41,406 bases of DNA from Omnitrophica bacterium GWA2_41_15. GTDB taxonomy: Bacteria; Omnitrophota; Gorgyraeia; Gygaellales; UBA12090. The notes beneath the pieces were generated by a model, which did no database searches, was not told the origin of the DNA, and saw nothing but the letters and a program-made list of their open reading frames with translations. The stretch's first letter is position 1, and each line of letters starts with the position of its first letter. A program made the position numbers and the translations under genes. Below, in pieces: positions 27,568-38,931 of the stretch. The stretch lies in contig CAKKQA010000067.1 of assembly GCA_919901925.1 (NCBI GenBank), positions 1,212 to 42,617 of the forward strand, written 5' to 3'.

Positions 27568-29673
27568 TCATTTAGCGCCAAATCTCTGAGTACTTGCCCC
27601 GGAACTACGCTCTATAATTTTCTGCGCGATATGTGAAGGCACCTCTTGATAGAACGAGGGCTCCATTGTATAAGTAGCTCTGCCTTGAGTCAAAGACCTG
27701 ATCACCGTCGCGTAATTAAAGATTTCAGACAACGGGACATTACAACGTATAAGCCTTGTATTTAAACGCTGGCCGAGTGAAATTATTTTGGCCCGCCGAG
27801 AATTCAAATCGCCGATAATCGCGCCCATATACTCTTCCGGGACGATTACCTCCATATCCATAATAGGCTCTAATATCTTACAAGATGCCTTTCTTAAGCC
27901 GTCAGTAAAAGCAATTGAAGCGGCCATCTGAAAAGCAAGCTCCGATGAATCGACGTCGTGAAATGACCCGTCAATCAAAGTTACCGCCACGTCAACAACA
28001 GGATATCCGGCCAAGATCCCGCTTTTCGCGCTTATCATTACGCCGTTTCTGATTGACGGCACAAATTCTCTTGGAATAGCCCCGCCTTTTAATTTGTCCT
28101 CAAAGGTAATGCCGGCGCCGGGAGTTTCCTGCGGCTGCATTTCAAAAACAACATGGCCATATTGCCCGCGGCCGCCCGATTGTTGAATAAACTTTCCCGT
28201 GGAAATTAATTTCTTAGTCAGAGTCTCTTTATAAGCGACCTGCGGCTGGCCGACACTGCAATCGACGCTAAATTCCCTCAATAACCTATCAACAAGTATA
28301 TCCAAATGCAACTGGCCCATTCCGGAAATTATGGTCTGTCCCGTATCGTGATTATAAGTAACCCGAAACGACGGATCCTCGTCGGTAAGTTTCTTTAATG
28401 CCATACCCATTTTTTCCTGGTCAGACTTGCTCTTCGGCTCTATCGCCTGAGAAATAACCGGCTCGGGGAAATGCATTGCCTCAAGTATTATCGGGTCTTT
28501 TTCGGTACACAATGTGTCGCCGGTCTTGGTTTCTTTTAAACCGACAACCGCGCAAATATCGCCGGTTGCCACTTCATCGATAATCTCTTGCCTGTTAGCG
28601 TGCATAAGCACAATCTTGGTAACTCTCTCTTTTTCCCTCTTTGCCGCATTGTAAATGTATGTGCCTGAAGAAAGCACTCCTGAATAAACCCTCACATAAT
28701 TAAGCCTTCCGACATATGGGTCAGTGGCAACCTTAAAACATAAACCGCAAAACGGCGCTTCATCGTTTACATTGCGTTCGATGTATTCATCGGTTTTAGG
28801 ATTAGTGCCCTTTACAGTTCCAACGTCCCCAGGCGCCGGCAAATACCAGCAAACCGCATCGAGTACATGCTGTACGCCTTTATTCTTAAAAGCCGAGCCG
28901 CAAAAAACAGGGACGAACGCGTTTTTCAAAACTGCCCTGCGCACTGCTTTCTTTATTATCTCTTTTTCCGGATATTTACCCTCAACGAAAAAGCTCATTA
29001 CCTCTTCATCAGCTTCAGCCAAATGCTCAAAAAGCTTGTCCTTCGCTTCTTTAACTTTACCATTCATCTCTTCGGGCACCTCCACCCAATTAAATTCTTT
29101 TCCGGTGGGGTCATCATACAGGCAAAGCTTATCCTCTATTAAATCTATCGTCCCTTTAAAATCATCTTCAGTCCCATAAGGAAGCTGTACTGCCGCGGCA
29201 TTAGCTCCCAGGCGCTCATGTATCTGCTTTAACGTCTCGGCAAAATCAGCTGCCGGACGGTCCATCTTATTAACAAAACATATGCGCGGGACATTATACC
29301 TATCGGCCTGGCGCCAGACTGTCTCTGACTGCGGTTCTACGCCGTTTACCGCGTCAAAAAGCACTATCGCGCCGTCTAATACTTTCAATGAACGCTCTAC
29401 CTCGATTGTAAAATCAACGTGCCCGGGAGTATCAATTATATTTATACGGCAATCCTGCCAAAAGCAGGTTGTACAGGCTGAAGTAATCGTGATTCCGCGC
29501 TCCTGTTCCTGAACCATCCAATCCATTACAGCAGTGCCTTCATGGACCTCACCGATTTTATAGGTTTTGCCCGTATAAAAAAGTATTCGTTCGGTAGTTG
29601 TCGTCTTGCCCGCGTCTATGTGAGCGACGATACCTATGTTTCTAATTTTATCTATTGGATATTGACGTTTCAT
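27568..29673 (-). CDS. fusA: Elongation factor G
   Basis: [41 protein letters not shown]. Confidence 0.99.
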   Translation of the reverse strand: MKRQYPIDKIRNIGIVAHIDAGKTTTTERILFYTGKTYKIGEVHEGTAVMDWMVQEQERGITITSACTTCFWQDCRINIIDTPGHVDFTIEVERSLKVLDGAIVLFDAVNGVEPQSETVWRQADRYNVPRICFVNKMDRPAADFAETLKQIHERLGANAAAVQLPYGTEDDFKGTIDLIEDKLCLYDDPTGKEFNWVEVPEEMNGKVKEAKDKLFEHLAEADEEVMSFFVEGKYPEKEIIKKAVRRAVLKNAFVPVFCGSAFKNKGVQHVLDAVCWYLPAPGDVGTVKGTNPKTDEYIERNVNDEAPFCGLCFKVATDPYVGRLNYVRVYSGVLSSGTYIYNAAKREKERVTKIVLMHANRQEIIDEVATGDICAVVGLKETKTGDTLCTEKDPIILEAMHFPEPVISQAIEPKSKSDQEKMGMALKKLTDEDPSFRVTYNHDTGQTIISGMGQLHLDILVDRLLREFSVDCSVGQPQVAYKETLTKKLISTGKFIQQSGGRGQYGHVVFEMQPQETPGAGITFEDKLKGGAIPREFVPSIRNGVMISAKSGILAGYPVVDVAVTLIDGSFHDVDSSELAFQMAASIAFTDGLRKASCKILEPIMDMEVIVPEEYMGAIIGDLNSRRAKIISLGQRLNTRLIRCNVPLSEIFNYATVIRSLTQGRATYTMEPSFYQEVPSHIAQKIIERSSGASTQRFGAK

Positions 29674-29682
29674 TATATTCTG

Positions 29683-29747
29683 GTAGGGGCAGGCCTATGT
29701 GTCTGCCCTTTATCCATATTAGGGCGAACACATAGGTTCGCCCCTAC
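29683..29747. repeat. GTAG-type REP doublet (REPIN-like)
   Basis: GTAGGGGCAGGCCTATGTGTCTGCCC...GGGCGAACACATAGGTTCGCCCCTAC. Confidence 0.88.
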
Positions 29748-29764
29748 AATTATTTCTTCTACCG

Positions 29765-30235
29765 TTACCATCTTAAATGCGCGAACGCCTTGTTGCTTTC
29801 TGCCATCTTATGCATATCATCGCGCTTCTTTATTGCCGAACCTTCGCCTTTATAACTAAACATTAATTCTTCCGCTAGCTTTTCAACCATCGCCTTGCCT
29901 TTTTTCCCGCGGGCAAAATCACGCATCCAGCGCATCGCGATCGAATTGCCTCTTTCCTGCTTAACCTCAACGGGAACCTGATAGGTGGCTCCGCCGACAC
30001 GGCGCGGCTTAACTTCCAAACGCGGCCTGACATTATCAATTGCCTTGTGAAAGATCTTCAAAGCATCCGGCTCGTTAAGCTTTTGTTTGACAATATCAAA
30101 CGCTCCATAGACAATTGTCTCTGCCGTAGACTTTTTTCCTCTCTCCATAACCATATTGATAAACTTGGCCACGGTCTTACTGTTATATTTCGGATCCGCC
30201 AATATTTCTCTTTTTCCAACTCTTCTTCGTCTCAT
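29765..30235 (-). CDS. rpsG: 30S ribosomal protein S7
   Basis: GKKSTAE, RRVGGATYQVP, HKMAESNKAFAH. Confidence 0.98.
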   Translation of the reverse strand: MRRRRVGKREILADPKYNSKTVAKFINMVMERGKKSTAETIVYGAFDIVKQKLNEPDALKIFHKAIDNVRPRLEVKPRRVGGATYQVPVEVKQERGNSIAMRWMRDFARGKKGKAMVEKLAEELMFSYKGEGSAIKKRDDMHKMAESNKAFAHLRW

Positions 30236-30240
30236 CTTTT

Positions 30241-30378
30241 TAGTTAACCAGTTAGCCTGTTTACCAGTTTGCCAGTTTACTTGGTAAACTACTAATAGCT
30301 TTTATTTTTTCCTGTTATTTTTTTTAAAATTTAACCTGGCCAACCGGCTAACTGGCCAACCGGCTAACCGGCCAACTA
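30241..30378. repeat. 8-mer inverted tandem array element, copy G
   Basis: TAGTTAACCA..., ~55-bp AT-rich spacer, ...GGCCAACTA; the final CTA is the rpsL stop. Confidence 0.92.
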
Positions 30379-30747
30379 CTTAGGCCTTTTAGCCCCATAC
30401 TTAGAACGCGATTTCTTTCTATTCGCGACTCCGGCTGTATCCAAAGTACCGCGGACAATATGATACCTTACTCCGGGCAAATCCTTAACCCTGCCGCCTC
30501 TTACCAAAACTATTGAATGTTCCTGTAAATTATGGCCTTCACCGGGTATATAACAGGTTGCCTCAATGCCTGTTGTAAGCCTGACCCTGGCTATTTTACG
30601 CAGGGCCGAGTTTGGCTTCTTAGGCGTCATCGTCTTAACCTGCAGGCAAACGCCTCTTCTTTGCGGGCATGCTTTTAACGCCGGCGACTTTGATTTTTTC
30701 TTCTTTAAAACTCTTCCCTTCCTGATTAATTGAGAGATCGTAGGCAT
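30376..30747 (-). CDS. rpsL: 30S ribosomal protein S12
   Basis: [24 protein letters not shown]. Confidence 0.99.
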   Translation of the reverse strand: MPTISQLIRKGRVLKKKKSKSPALKACPQRRGVCLQVKTMTPKKPNSALRKIARVRLTTGIEATCYIPGEGHNLQEHSIVLVRGGRVKDLPGVRYHIVRGTLDTAGVANRKKSRSKYGAKRPK

Positions 30748-30753
30748 TTTTTT

Positions 30754-30914
30754 TAGTTTACCGGTTAGCCAGTTTACCAGTTAGCCAGTTAATTTGGTAA
30801 GCTGCTAATAGATTTTAATTTTTTTGTTGTTTATTTTTAAACTTTAACCGGCCAACCGGCTAACCGGCCAACCGGCTAACTGGCCAACCGGCTAACTGGC
30901 CAACCGGCTAACTA
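30754..30914. repeat. 8-mer inverted tandem array element, copy H
   Basis: Four left units, spacer homologous to copy G, eight right units of the YAACYGGC type, ending AACTA. Confidence 0.92.
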
Positions 30915-30915
30915 T

Positions 30916-33900
30916 TTAAGATTCAGCCTTCTCCTGCTTATCTTTCGCTTTTGCTCTTGCTTCTTTTGCCGCTACCGCGTCATTGTGCGTTTTTAGCCCT
31001 GTGCCCGCGGGAATCAAATGTCCGACGATAACATTCTCTTTCAAACCGTAAAGGTCGTCTTTCTTGCCCGCGGCCGCGGCTTCAGTTAAAACGCGCGTTG
31101 TTTCCTGGAAACTTGCCGCTGAAATGAAACTGTCGGTTGTTAACGACGCCTTGGTAATACCTAATAAAACAGGCGCGGCTGAAGCGGGTTTTCCGCTCTT
31201 TTTCATAACCCTGGCATTTTCCGCGTGGAACTTCCACTTATCAACGTGTTCGCCGGATAAAAAGTCTGTGGCGCCGGAATCTTCAATACGCACCTTTTTT
31301 AACATCTGCCTGATTATAAGCTCGATGTGCTTATCGTTTATATTAACGCCCTGCAGGCGATAGACTTCCTGTACTTCGTTAACCAGATATTCCTGCAGGA
31401 CTTTATCGCCGCATACGCGTAAGATATCCTGTAAGACTACCGGCCCGTCGGTAAGCTGCTGGCCCGCGGTAACCCGGTCGCCTTTGTAAACGTTAGGATG
31501 CTTACCATGAGGTATTCCGTATTCGCGCCTCATTCCTGTCGGGCTTCTGACCACAATTACTCTCTGGCCTTTTTTTGTTTCGCTAAATTCGATAAACCCG
31601 TCTATTTCGCTGATGATTGCCGGATCTTTAGGCCTGCGCGCCTCAAACAATTCCGCGACCCTTGGCAAGCCGCCTGTGATATCGCGGGTTTTGCCGGAAA
31701 CGCGGGGTATCTTTGCCAGGAGGGCGCCGGCATTAATATGCTGGCCGTCTTTAACCATTATATGCGCGCCTATTGGCAAAGGATAAATACCAGACACTTC
31801 TTTTTGCGGGTCTAATACGACGATCTGAGGATGAAAATCTGTTTTATGGTCAATTACGACGCGCTCTCTGACTCCGGTTACAGAATTTAACTCTTCCCTG
31901 ATGGTTACATTTTCCTTCAAGTCTTCCAGCTTTATCTCGCCTTTTACTTCGACGAGAATCGGAGTTGTATAGGGATCCCAACGAATAAACACAACGCCTT
32001 TATTCACTTCGTGCGAATCAGCAATATTAATGAAAGAACCCTGTGGAACGGTATAACGCTCAAGCTCTCTTCCTTGCTCGTCGTTAATGCTGATCGCGCC
32101 ATTTCTATTTAAGACTACATACTCTTTGTCTTTTTCAACAGTGCGAAGGTTATGATATTTGAGGACACCTTTATTCTTTGACTTAATGGAAGACTGCTCG
32201 ACAATACGCGAGGCAGTGCCTCCGATATGGAACGTCCTCATTGTCAACTGCGTGCCCGGCTCTCCGATACTCTGCGCCGCGATAATCCCTACTGCTTCGC
32301 CTGACGCGACAAGCTTACCGCTGGCAAGGTTCCTGCCATAGCATTTAGAGCAGACACCCCGCGGCGACTCACAAGTCAAAACGCTGCGTATACGGATTTT
32401 CTCAATACCGAGGCGCTCTATCATATCAGCTTTTTCTTCTATAATTTCAGTGCCTGCCTCAACGACAATTTCATCGGTTATAATATCAACCACGTTATCA
32501 AGGGCAACCCTGCCGACGATCCTGTCTTTAAGAGAAACAACGACCTCGTCGCCTTCGATAATCGCCGCGATAGTGATCCCGTTTAACGTGCCGCAATCAG
32601 GCTCGTTAACGATAACTTCTTGAGCTATATCAACAAGCCTGCGGGTAAGGTAACCCGCGTCGGCTGTCTTTAAAGCCGTATCTGCCAAACCTTTTCTGGC
32701 GCCGTGGGTTGAAATAAAATATTCCAAAACCGTTAACCCTTCGCGGAAATTCGCGGTAATCGGGTTTTCAATGATCTCGCCTGAAGGCTTGGCCATAAGG
32801 CCGCGCATACCGGCAAGCTGCCTTATCTGAAGGCGCGAGCCTCTAGCGCCTGAATCTGCCATCATAAATATAGGATTGAACGAATCCATCTGCTTAAAAA
32901 GCGAATCCGACACCCTATCTGTTGTATGCGTCCAGATGTCGATGACTTTATTGTATCTTTCGCCGTTGGTTATAATACCTTTACGGTATTGATCCTCTAC
33001 CTTCGATACTTCCTGCATAGACTCTTTTAAAATATCCTGTTTATCTTTCGGTATCTTCAAATCGTCGATAGCAATAGACATCCCGCTATAAGTGGCATAC
33101 TCAAAGCCCAAAGACTTAAGCCTGTCTAAGAGCCTAATAGTTTCCGCGTGGCCAAACCTTTTATAACAATTAGCAACCACCGAGCCGATTCTCGATTTAT
33201 TCATTTCGTAATTTACAAAACCAAAACCTTTGGGCAGACTATCGTTAAAAATAGCCCTGCCTGCCGAGGTTTCAATAATCTGTTTGGTTTCGACTAACTG
33301 CGCCTGCTCAAGGTCAAACACTGACTCTACCCTTAGTTTGATTTTTGCGTGCAGTTCAATCGCCTTGTCGTTATAAGCCGTAATAACTTCCGTGGGATCT
33401 GAAAAAATCTTGCCTTCGCCTTTAGCGTGAAGTTTTTCTTTGGTCAGAAAATAACAGCCTAAAACTATATCTTGCGTAGGCGTGACTATCGGCCTGCCGT
33501 CTGCCGGAGAAAAAACATTATTTGTTGAAAGTATCAGCTCTCTGGTTTCCTTCTGAGCTTCCAAAGACAATGGCACATGGACTGCCATCTGGTCGCCGTC
33601 AAAGTCGGCGTTAAACGCTGTACAGACTAAAGGATGTATTTTAATAGCTTTCCCTTCGATAAGAATCGGCTGAAATGCCTGAATACTCAAGCGGTGCAAA
33701 GTCGGAGCGCGGTTAAGCATTACCGGATGATCTTTAATAACTTCATCCAATATATCCCATACCTCAATCTTTGACCTCTCAACCATTCTCTTGGCGCCGC
33801 GGATGGTATGGACAAAGCCTTTCTCGCGCAGTTTCTTGATAATAAACGGCTCAAAAAGTTCCAGGGCCATCTGCTTGGGAAGGCCGCACTGATCCATCTT

Positions 33901-34956
33901 TAAATCCGGGCCGACGACAATAACCGAACGGCCGGAATAATCAACGCGCTTTCCTAAAAGGTTCTGGCGGAAACGGCCTTGCTTGCCCTTTAACATATCC
34001 GACAAAGACTTTAAGGGCCTATTGTTCGCTCCCATTACCGGCCTGCCGTGCCTGCCGTTATCCAATAGCGCGTCTACCGCTTCCTGAAGCATCCTTTTTT
34101 CATTACGGATAATTATTTCAGGAGCGCTCAATTCCATTAATTTTCTTAAACGGTTGTTACGGTTAATTACCCTTCTGTATAAGTCGTTTAAATCCGAAGT
34201 GGCAAACCTCCCGCCGTCAAGAGGGACCAACGGCCTTAAATCCGGAGGAATAACCGGCACTACCTCCAATATCATCCATTCAGGACGGTTACCGGAATTC
34301 TTTATATCATCAACCAACTTTAAAATCTTCAGATTTTTGCGGGCGGTAGGGGTTTCCTTGTCGCCTTCCAAATCTTTACGCATTCTTTTGCAAAGCGCGC
34401 CTAAATCCAATTCTTTCAAAAGATCCCTAATCGCCTCGGCCCCAATTTTAGCTTTGAAGTTCGAACCGTATTTCTCTAGGCATTCCTGATATTTATCTTC
34501 GCTAAGAAGCTCTTTTTTCTTCAAAGGCGTACCCATGGGATCAAGGACAATATATTCTTCGTAATAAATAATCTTCTCTAATTCCCTGATACCCAAGTCA
34601 AGCATCGCTGAAAGGCGGCTAGGCACAGTCTTAAAGAACCATATGTGAGTTACCGGTGCGGCTAACTCAATATGGCCCATACGCTCACGCCGGACCGATG
34701 ACCTGTCAATAGTAACCCCGCAGCGGTCGCATGTTACTCCCTTAAATTTGATGCCTTTGTACTTTCCGCAGTTGCATTCCCAATCTTTTACAGGGCCGAA
34801 TATCTTTTCGCAGAATAGCCCGCCCTTTTCCGGTTTCAGCGTCCGGTAATTAATGGTCTCCGCCTTTTTAACTTCTCCCTTTGACCAGGAATGGATTATC
34901 TGCGGCGAGGCAATCTTTATGACTATTGAATCAAAACTAACTGTTTCATCTGTCAT
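30916..34956 (-). CDS. rpoC: RNA polymerase beta' subunit
   Basis: Zn finger, [31 protein letters not shown]; start set at ATG 34956 (GGGGA upstream), since the longer ORF begins inside a repeat. Confidence 0.99.
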   Translation of the reverse strand: MTDETVSFDSIVIKIASPQIIHSWSKGEVKKAETINYRTLKPEKGGLFCEKIFGPVKDWECNCGKYKGIKFKGVTCDRCGVTIDRSSVRRERMGHIELAAPVTHIWFFKTVPSRLSAMLDLGIRELEKIIYYEEYIVLDPMGTPLKKKELLSEDKYQECLEKYGSNFKAKIGAEAIRDLLKELDLGALCKRMRKDLEGDKETPTARKNLKILKLVDDIKNSGNRPEWMILEVVPVIPPDLRPLVPLDGGRFATSDLNDLYRRVINRNNRLRKLMELSAPEIIIRNEKRMLQEAVDALLDNGRHGRPVMGANNRPLKSLSDMLKGKQGRFRQNLLGKRVDYSGRSVIVVGPDLKMDQCGLPKQMALELFEPFIIKKLREKGFVHTIRGAKRMVERSKIEVWDILDEVIKDHPVMLNRAPTLHRLSIQAFQPILIEGKAIKIHPLVCTAFNADFDGDQMAVHVPLSLEAQKETRELILSTNNVFSPADGRPIVTPTQDIVLGCYFLTKEKLHAKGEGKIFSDPTEVITAYNDKAIELHAKIKLRVESVFDLEQAQLVETKQIIETSAGRAIFNDSLPKGFGFVNYEMNKSRIGSVVANCYKRFGHAETIRLLDRLKSLGFEYATYSGMSIAIDDLKIPKDKQDILKESMQEVSKVEDQYRKGIITNGERYNKVIDIWTHTTDRVSDSLFKQMDSFNPIFMMADSGARGSRLQIRQLAGMRGLMAKPSGEIIENPITANFREGLTVLEYFISTHGARKGLADTALKTADAGYLTRRLVDIAQEVIVNEPDCGTLNGITIAAIIEGDEVVVSLKDRIVGRVALDNVVDIITDEIVVEAGTEIIEEKADMIERLGIEKIRIRSVLTCESPRGVCSKCYGRNLASGKLVASGEAVGIIAAQSIGEPGTQLTMRTFHIGGTASRIVEQSSIKSKNKGVLKYHNLRTVEKDKEYVVLNRNGAISINDEQGRELERYTVPQGSFINIADSHEVNKGVVFIRWDPYTTPILVEVKGEIKLEDLKENVTIREELNSVTGVRERVVIDHKTDFHPQIVVLDPQKEVSGIYPLPIGAHIMVKDGQHINAGALLAKIPRVSGKTRDITGGLPRVAELFEARRPKDPAIISEIDGFIEFSETKKGQRVIVVRSPTGMRREYGIPHGKHPNVYKGDRVTAGQQLTDGPVVLQDILRVCGDKVLQEYLVNEVQEVYRLQGVNINDKHIELIIRQMLKKVRIEDSGATDFLSGEHVDKWKFHAENARVMKKSGKPASAAPVLLGITKASLTTDSFISAASFQETTRVLTEAAAAGKKDDLYGLKENVIVGHLIPAGTGLKTHNDAVAAKEARAKAKDKQEKAES

Positions 34957-34971
34957 ATGTTCCCCATCATG

Positions 34972-35120
34972 AGGGTTAAGGGTCAAGGGTTAAGTGATAA
35001 GGAAAAACAAAAAAAGTAAAATGTTTTTAAATTGTTTTTTTAGCTTCTTATCTTTTGCTTTTACTTACCACTTAACCCTTACCGCTTAACCCTACTTTTA
35101 ACCCCTTTACCCTTAACCCT
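34972..35120. repeat. 7-mer inverted tandem array element
   Basis: AGGGTTA AGGGTCA AGGGTTA AGTGATA AGG, A/T spacer, CTTACCA CTTAACC CTTACCG...; arms shared with 25832-25981. Confidence 0.9.
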
Positions 35121-35121
35121 T

Positions 35122-38100
35122 CTATTTGTCTACTTGGGTCCTAATGTCAAGGCACAAGCCTTGAAGTTCTTTCAACAAAACATTAAACGACTCCGGAATG
35201 CCGGCCTGAAGCCTTTGCTCGCCTTTTACTATAGCTTCATATATGCGGGTGCGGCCGACCACGTCGTCGGATTTTACGGTCAACATTTCCTGCAAAGTAT
35301 ACACGGCGCCATATGCCTCAAGCGCCCAGACTTCCATTTCTCCGAACCTCTGGCCGCCGAATTGGGCCTTGCCGCCTAATGGCTGCTGGGTTACCAAAGA
35401 ATACGGGCCAATCGAACGGGCGTGAATCTTTTCATCAACCATGTGGCTTAATTTCATAACATAGATGAAACCAACCGTTGTCTCTTGTTCGAAAGGATCT
35501 CCGGTATATCCATCATACAACTGGATTTTACCTTCAAGCGGAAGCCCTGCTTCTTTTAGCATTTCTTTCACTTCATGCTCGCTAGCCCCATCAAAAACCG
35601 GCGATGAAATATTCAATCCTAAGGCCTTTGCCGCCCAGCCAAGGTGTGTTTCCAAAATCTGGCCGACGTTCATACGCGAAGGCACACCCAAAGGATTAAG
35701 CACAATATCCACTGGCGTGCCGTCTGCTAAATAGGGCATATCTTCGGCGGGAAGTATCCTGGCGATAACGCCTTTGTTTCCATGGCGGCCGGCTAACTTA
35801 TCGCCCACCGCGATTTTTCTTTTAGTGGCGACATAAACCACGACCCGTTTTAAAACTCCGGGCTGAAGCTCATCTCCGCGCCTGATTTTTTCGATTTCCT
35901 GTTCCTGCTCGGATAAAAGCGCCTTGATCTGCTCTTCGTAAGATTCAGACAAGCTTCTCGCCTCTTCATTGGAACCGATATCCGAACGCTCTAATTTATT
36001 CTTGTCAATACCGAGCAGTTTACCTAAACGGATTATTTTCTCTTCTTCGATAAATTCTACTTCTTGTTTATAATAAGCTTTAATTTCGCGTACTTTGGCC
36101 AACTCCAGGTTTTTTTCTTCTTTGGATTTACGGCCTCTGTCTTTACGCTGGAATATATGCACGTCAATGACTACGCCATCGACTCCGGGAGAAGCGACTA
36201 AAGACGTATCGCGCACATCACCTGCTTTTTCTCCGAATATCGCCCGCAAAAGGCGCTCCTCCGGAGAAAGCTCTGATTCGGTTTTCGGGGTTACTTTACC
36301 GACTAAAATATCGCCGGGGTGGACCTCCGCTCCGATACGGACTATACCATCCTGGTCTAGGTCCTTCAATGCCTCTTCGGAAACATTTGGGATATCGCGG
36401 GTGATTTCCTCATTGCCTAATCTTGTCTCTGTTGCCTCGATATGAAACTCTTCGACATGTATTGACGTAAAAGTATCTTCTTTCACAGCCTTTTCAGACA
36501 TAAGAATAGCGTCTTCAAAATTATATCCGCGCCAAGGCATAAACGCGCACAAAAGATTTTTTCCTAATGCTAAATCGCCGTCTTTGGTAGCCATACCGTC
36601 GGCAATCACATCTCCGGCTTCAACCTTATCCCCTAATTTTACTAAAGGCCTTTGATTAACGCAGGTATCCGCGTTTGAACGGACAAATTTCTTAATCTTA
36701 TAAATATTCTTGCCGATGGTAACGCTTGAAGCATCGACAGCGTTTACCTTGCCGGATTCTTTAGCAACGATAACAGCGCCCGAGTCTCTGGCAACTTTAG
36801 CTTCTATTTCTGTCCCTACTAACGGCGCTTCGGTAATCATAAGCGGCACTGCCTGCCTCTGCATGTTTGAACCCATCAGGGCGCGGTTCGCGTCGTCATG
36901 TTCAAGGAAAGGTATCAGGGCGGCCGCGACCGAAACCAACTGCTTCGGCGAAACATCCATATATTCGACTTTTTTCGGCGGGACTCTCGGAAAATCTCCT
37001 TTAAACCTGCAGAGGACTTCTTTTTCTTTGAATGTGCCATCATCTTCAAGCGTAGCGTTTGCCTGGGCGATGATTTTATTTTCATCCACGTCGGCAGTCA
37101 GGTATTCAACCTTACGCGTAACTTTGCCGTCTTCAACTTTTCTATACGGAGTTTCCAAAAGCCCTAATTCATTAACCCTGGCATAAGTGCTTAACGAAGC
37201 AATCAAACCGATATTCGGGCCTTCAGGAGTTTCTATGGGGCAGACCCTGCCGTAATGTGAATTATGGATATCGCGCACTTCAAACCCGGCTCTTTCGCGG
37301 GATAAACCGCCCGGGCCTAAAGCGGAAAGGCGGCGTTTGTGGGTCATTTCCGCTAACGGGTTGACTTGATCCATAAATTGTGATAACTGCGAACGGGCAA
37401 AGAAATCTTTGATCTGGCTGGAGAGAAGTTTTGAATTGATCAGATGGTGCAGGCTTAAGGTGCTAAATTCAGACATTACAGATAAACGCTCCCTAATCGA
37501 ACGCTCCACCCTTGCCAAGCCGATGCGCACCTGATTCTGGACTAGTTCGCCTACGGTTTTAACACGGCGGTTGCCTAAATGGTCAATGTCGTCAATCTGG
37601 CCTATGCCTTCTTTTAATTTAATTAAATATTCCATTGACTTAATAACCGTCTGGACATCAAGTATCCTTTTATCTAAAGGAATATTCAATCCTAATTTGC
37701 GGTTTAGAATAAACCTTCCGACTTGCGCGAGGTCATACCTGCGCGGGTCAAAAAACAATCTATAAAATAATGTTTCCGCCGCTTCAGGGACAACCGGTTC
37801 GGTTGGCCGCATCCTGCGGTAGAAATCTGACAAGGCTTCTTCTTTTGTTTTAGTGGGGTCTTTCTTTAAGGTATTGATAATTTGCTGCGGCTGGCCTTCA
37901 AAAGCGTTGAGTATATCTTCATCTGAAACATATCCCATAATCCTTAATATCTGGGTCGCCGGGAAATTGCGTTTGCGGTCTACATAGGCAAGGATAACTT
38001 CAGAAACATCATATTTAAACTCAAGCCACGCCCCGCGGTATGGGATTATACGGGCGTAAAACATCTTCTTGCCGGTATGATGCAGCTCTTCTTCAAAAGA

Positions 38101-38526
38101 AATACCCGGGGAACGCTGTAACTGGCTGACCACAACCCTTTCATCGCCGTTAATAATAAAAGTTCCGGTTTCGGTCATCAACGGAATTTCGCCGAAATAT
38201 GCTTCCTGCTCTTTAGTCTCATTAGGGCTTACTAACCTAAACCTGACCTTTAATGGCGAAGCATAACTCATTGAGCGCCTGATACATTCAGGGACATCAT
38301 ATTTTGGCTTACCCAGAGAATAGCTTAAGAAATCCAACCGTACCTGCCGGTCAAAACTCTCAATCGGAAACATCTCTGTGAATGTTTCTTGAAGGCCAAG
38401 ATTTTTGCGCTCGTCAGATGTCATATCCACCTGTAAGAATTCTTCGTAGGATAATCTCTGAATATCCAAAAGATCAGGCATCTTGTAGACTTCTTTAAGC
38501 TTGGAAAAACTTTTACGTTTTAACAT
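35122..38526 (-). CDS. rpoB: RNA polymerase beta subunit
   Basis: [42 protein letters not shown]. Confidence 0.99.
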   Translation of the reverse strand: MLKRKSFSKLKEVYKMPDLLDIQRLSYEEFLQVDMTSDERKNLGLQETFTEMFPIESFDRQVRLDFLSYSLGKPKYDVPECIRRSMSYASPLKVRFRLVSPNETKEQEAYFGEIPLMTETGTFIINGDERVVVSQLQRSPGISFEEELHHTGKKMFYARIIPYRGAWLEFKYDVSEVILAYVDRKRNFPATQILRIMGYVSDEDILNAFEGQPQQIINTLKKDPTKTKEEALSDFYRRMRPTEPVVPEAAETLFYRLFFDPRRYDLAQVGRFILNRKLGLNIPLDKRILDVQTVIKSMEYLIKLKEGIGQIDDIDHLGNRRVKTVGELVQNQVRIGLARVERSIRERLSVMSEFSTLSLHHLINSKLLSSQIKDFFARSQLSQFMDQVNPLAEMTHKRRLSALGPGGLSRERAGFEVRDIHNSHYGRVCPIETPEGPNIGLIASLSTYARVNELGLLETPYRKVEDGKVTRKVEYLTADVDENKIIAQANATLEDDGTFKEKEVLCRFKGDFPRVPPKKVEYMDVSPKQLVSVAAALIPFLEHDDANRALMGSNMQRQAVPLMITEAPLVGTEIEAKVARDSGAVIVAKESGKVNAVDASSVTIGKNIYKIKKFVRSNADTCVNQRPLVKLGDKVEAGDVIADGMATKDGDLALGKNLLCAFMPWRGYNFEDAILMSEKAVKEDTFTSIHVEEFHIEATETRLGNEEITRDIPNVSEEALKDLDQDGIVRIGAEVHPGDILVGKVTPKTESELSPEERLLRAIFGEKAGDVRDTSLVASPGVDGVVIDVHIFQRKDRGRKSKEEKNLELAKVREIKAYYKQEVEFIEEEKIIRLGKLLGIDKNKLERSDIGSNEEARSLSESYEEQIKALLSEQEQEIEKIRRGDELQPGVLKRVVVYVATKRKIAVGDKLAGRHGNKGVIARILPAEDMPYLADGTPVDIVLNPLGVPSRMNVGQILETHLGWAAKALGLNISSPVFDGASEHEVKEMLKEAGLPLEGKIQLYDGYTGDPFEQETTVGFIYVMKLSHMVDEKIHARSIGPYSLVTQQPLGGKAQFGGQRFGEMEVWALEAYGAVYTLQEMLTVKSDDVVGRTRIYEAIVKGEQRLQAGIPESFNVLLKELQGLCLDIRTQVDK

Positions 38527-38550
38527 ACGCCTTCCTATATATATTATACT

Positions 38551-38919
38551 TTATTTCAATTCTACGGTGGCTCCGGCCGCTACGAGCTTTTTCTTTATCT
38601 CTTCAGCTTCTTCTTTTGGAACGTTTTCTTTTATCGGCTTAGGCGCGCCATCAACCAAGTCCTTCGCTTCTTTTAGGCCAAGGTTAGTTATCGTGCGGAC
38701 TTCCTTGATAACCGAGATTTTATTCGCTCCGGCTGAAGTTAAAACTACCGTAAACACAGTTTTTTCTTCTGCCGGCGCGGCAGCGCCCGCGGCTGGTGCA
38801 GCCGCTACAGCAACCTGTCCGGAAACTCCGAACTTGTCCTGAAGCTCTTTCACCAAATCTGCCAATTCCAACACTGTCATGCCTTCTATCGCTTTAATTA
38901 CATCTTCTTTTACCGCCAT
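38551..38919 (-). CDS. rplL: 50S ribosomal protein L7/L12
   Basis: Ala-rich hinge, [19 protein letters not shown]; SD AAGGAGG upstream. Confidence 0.98.
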   Translation of the reverse strand: MAVKEDVIKAIEGMTVLELADLVKELQDKFGVSGQVAVAAAPAAGAAAPAEEKTVFTVVLTSAGANKISVIKEVRTITNLGLKEAKDLVDGAPKPIKENVPKEEAEEIKKKLVAAGATVELK

Positions 38920-38931
38920 GTTATTTCCTCC

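Noticed and set aside
34972-35120. Telomeric repeat or eukaryotic contamination (TAACCCT-like)
   Set aside because: The arrays are short, degenerate, inverted and embedded between intact rpoB and rpoC.
30376-38526. Streptomycin or rifampicin resistance alleles
   Set aside because: The S12 PKKPNS and RVKDLPG motifs and the RpoB cluster I Q/D/H/S residues look wild type.
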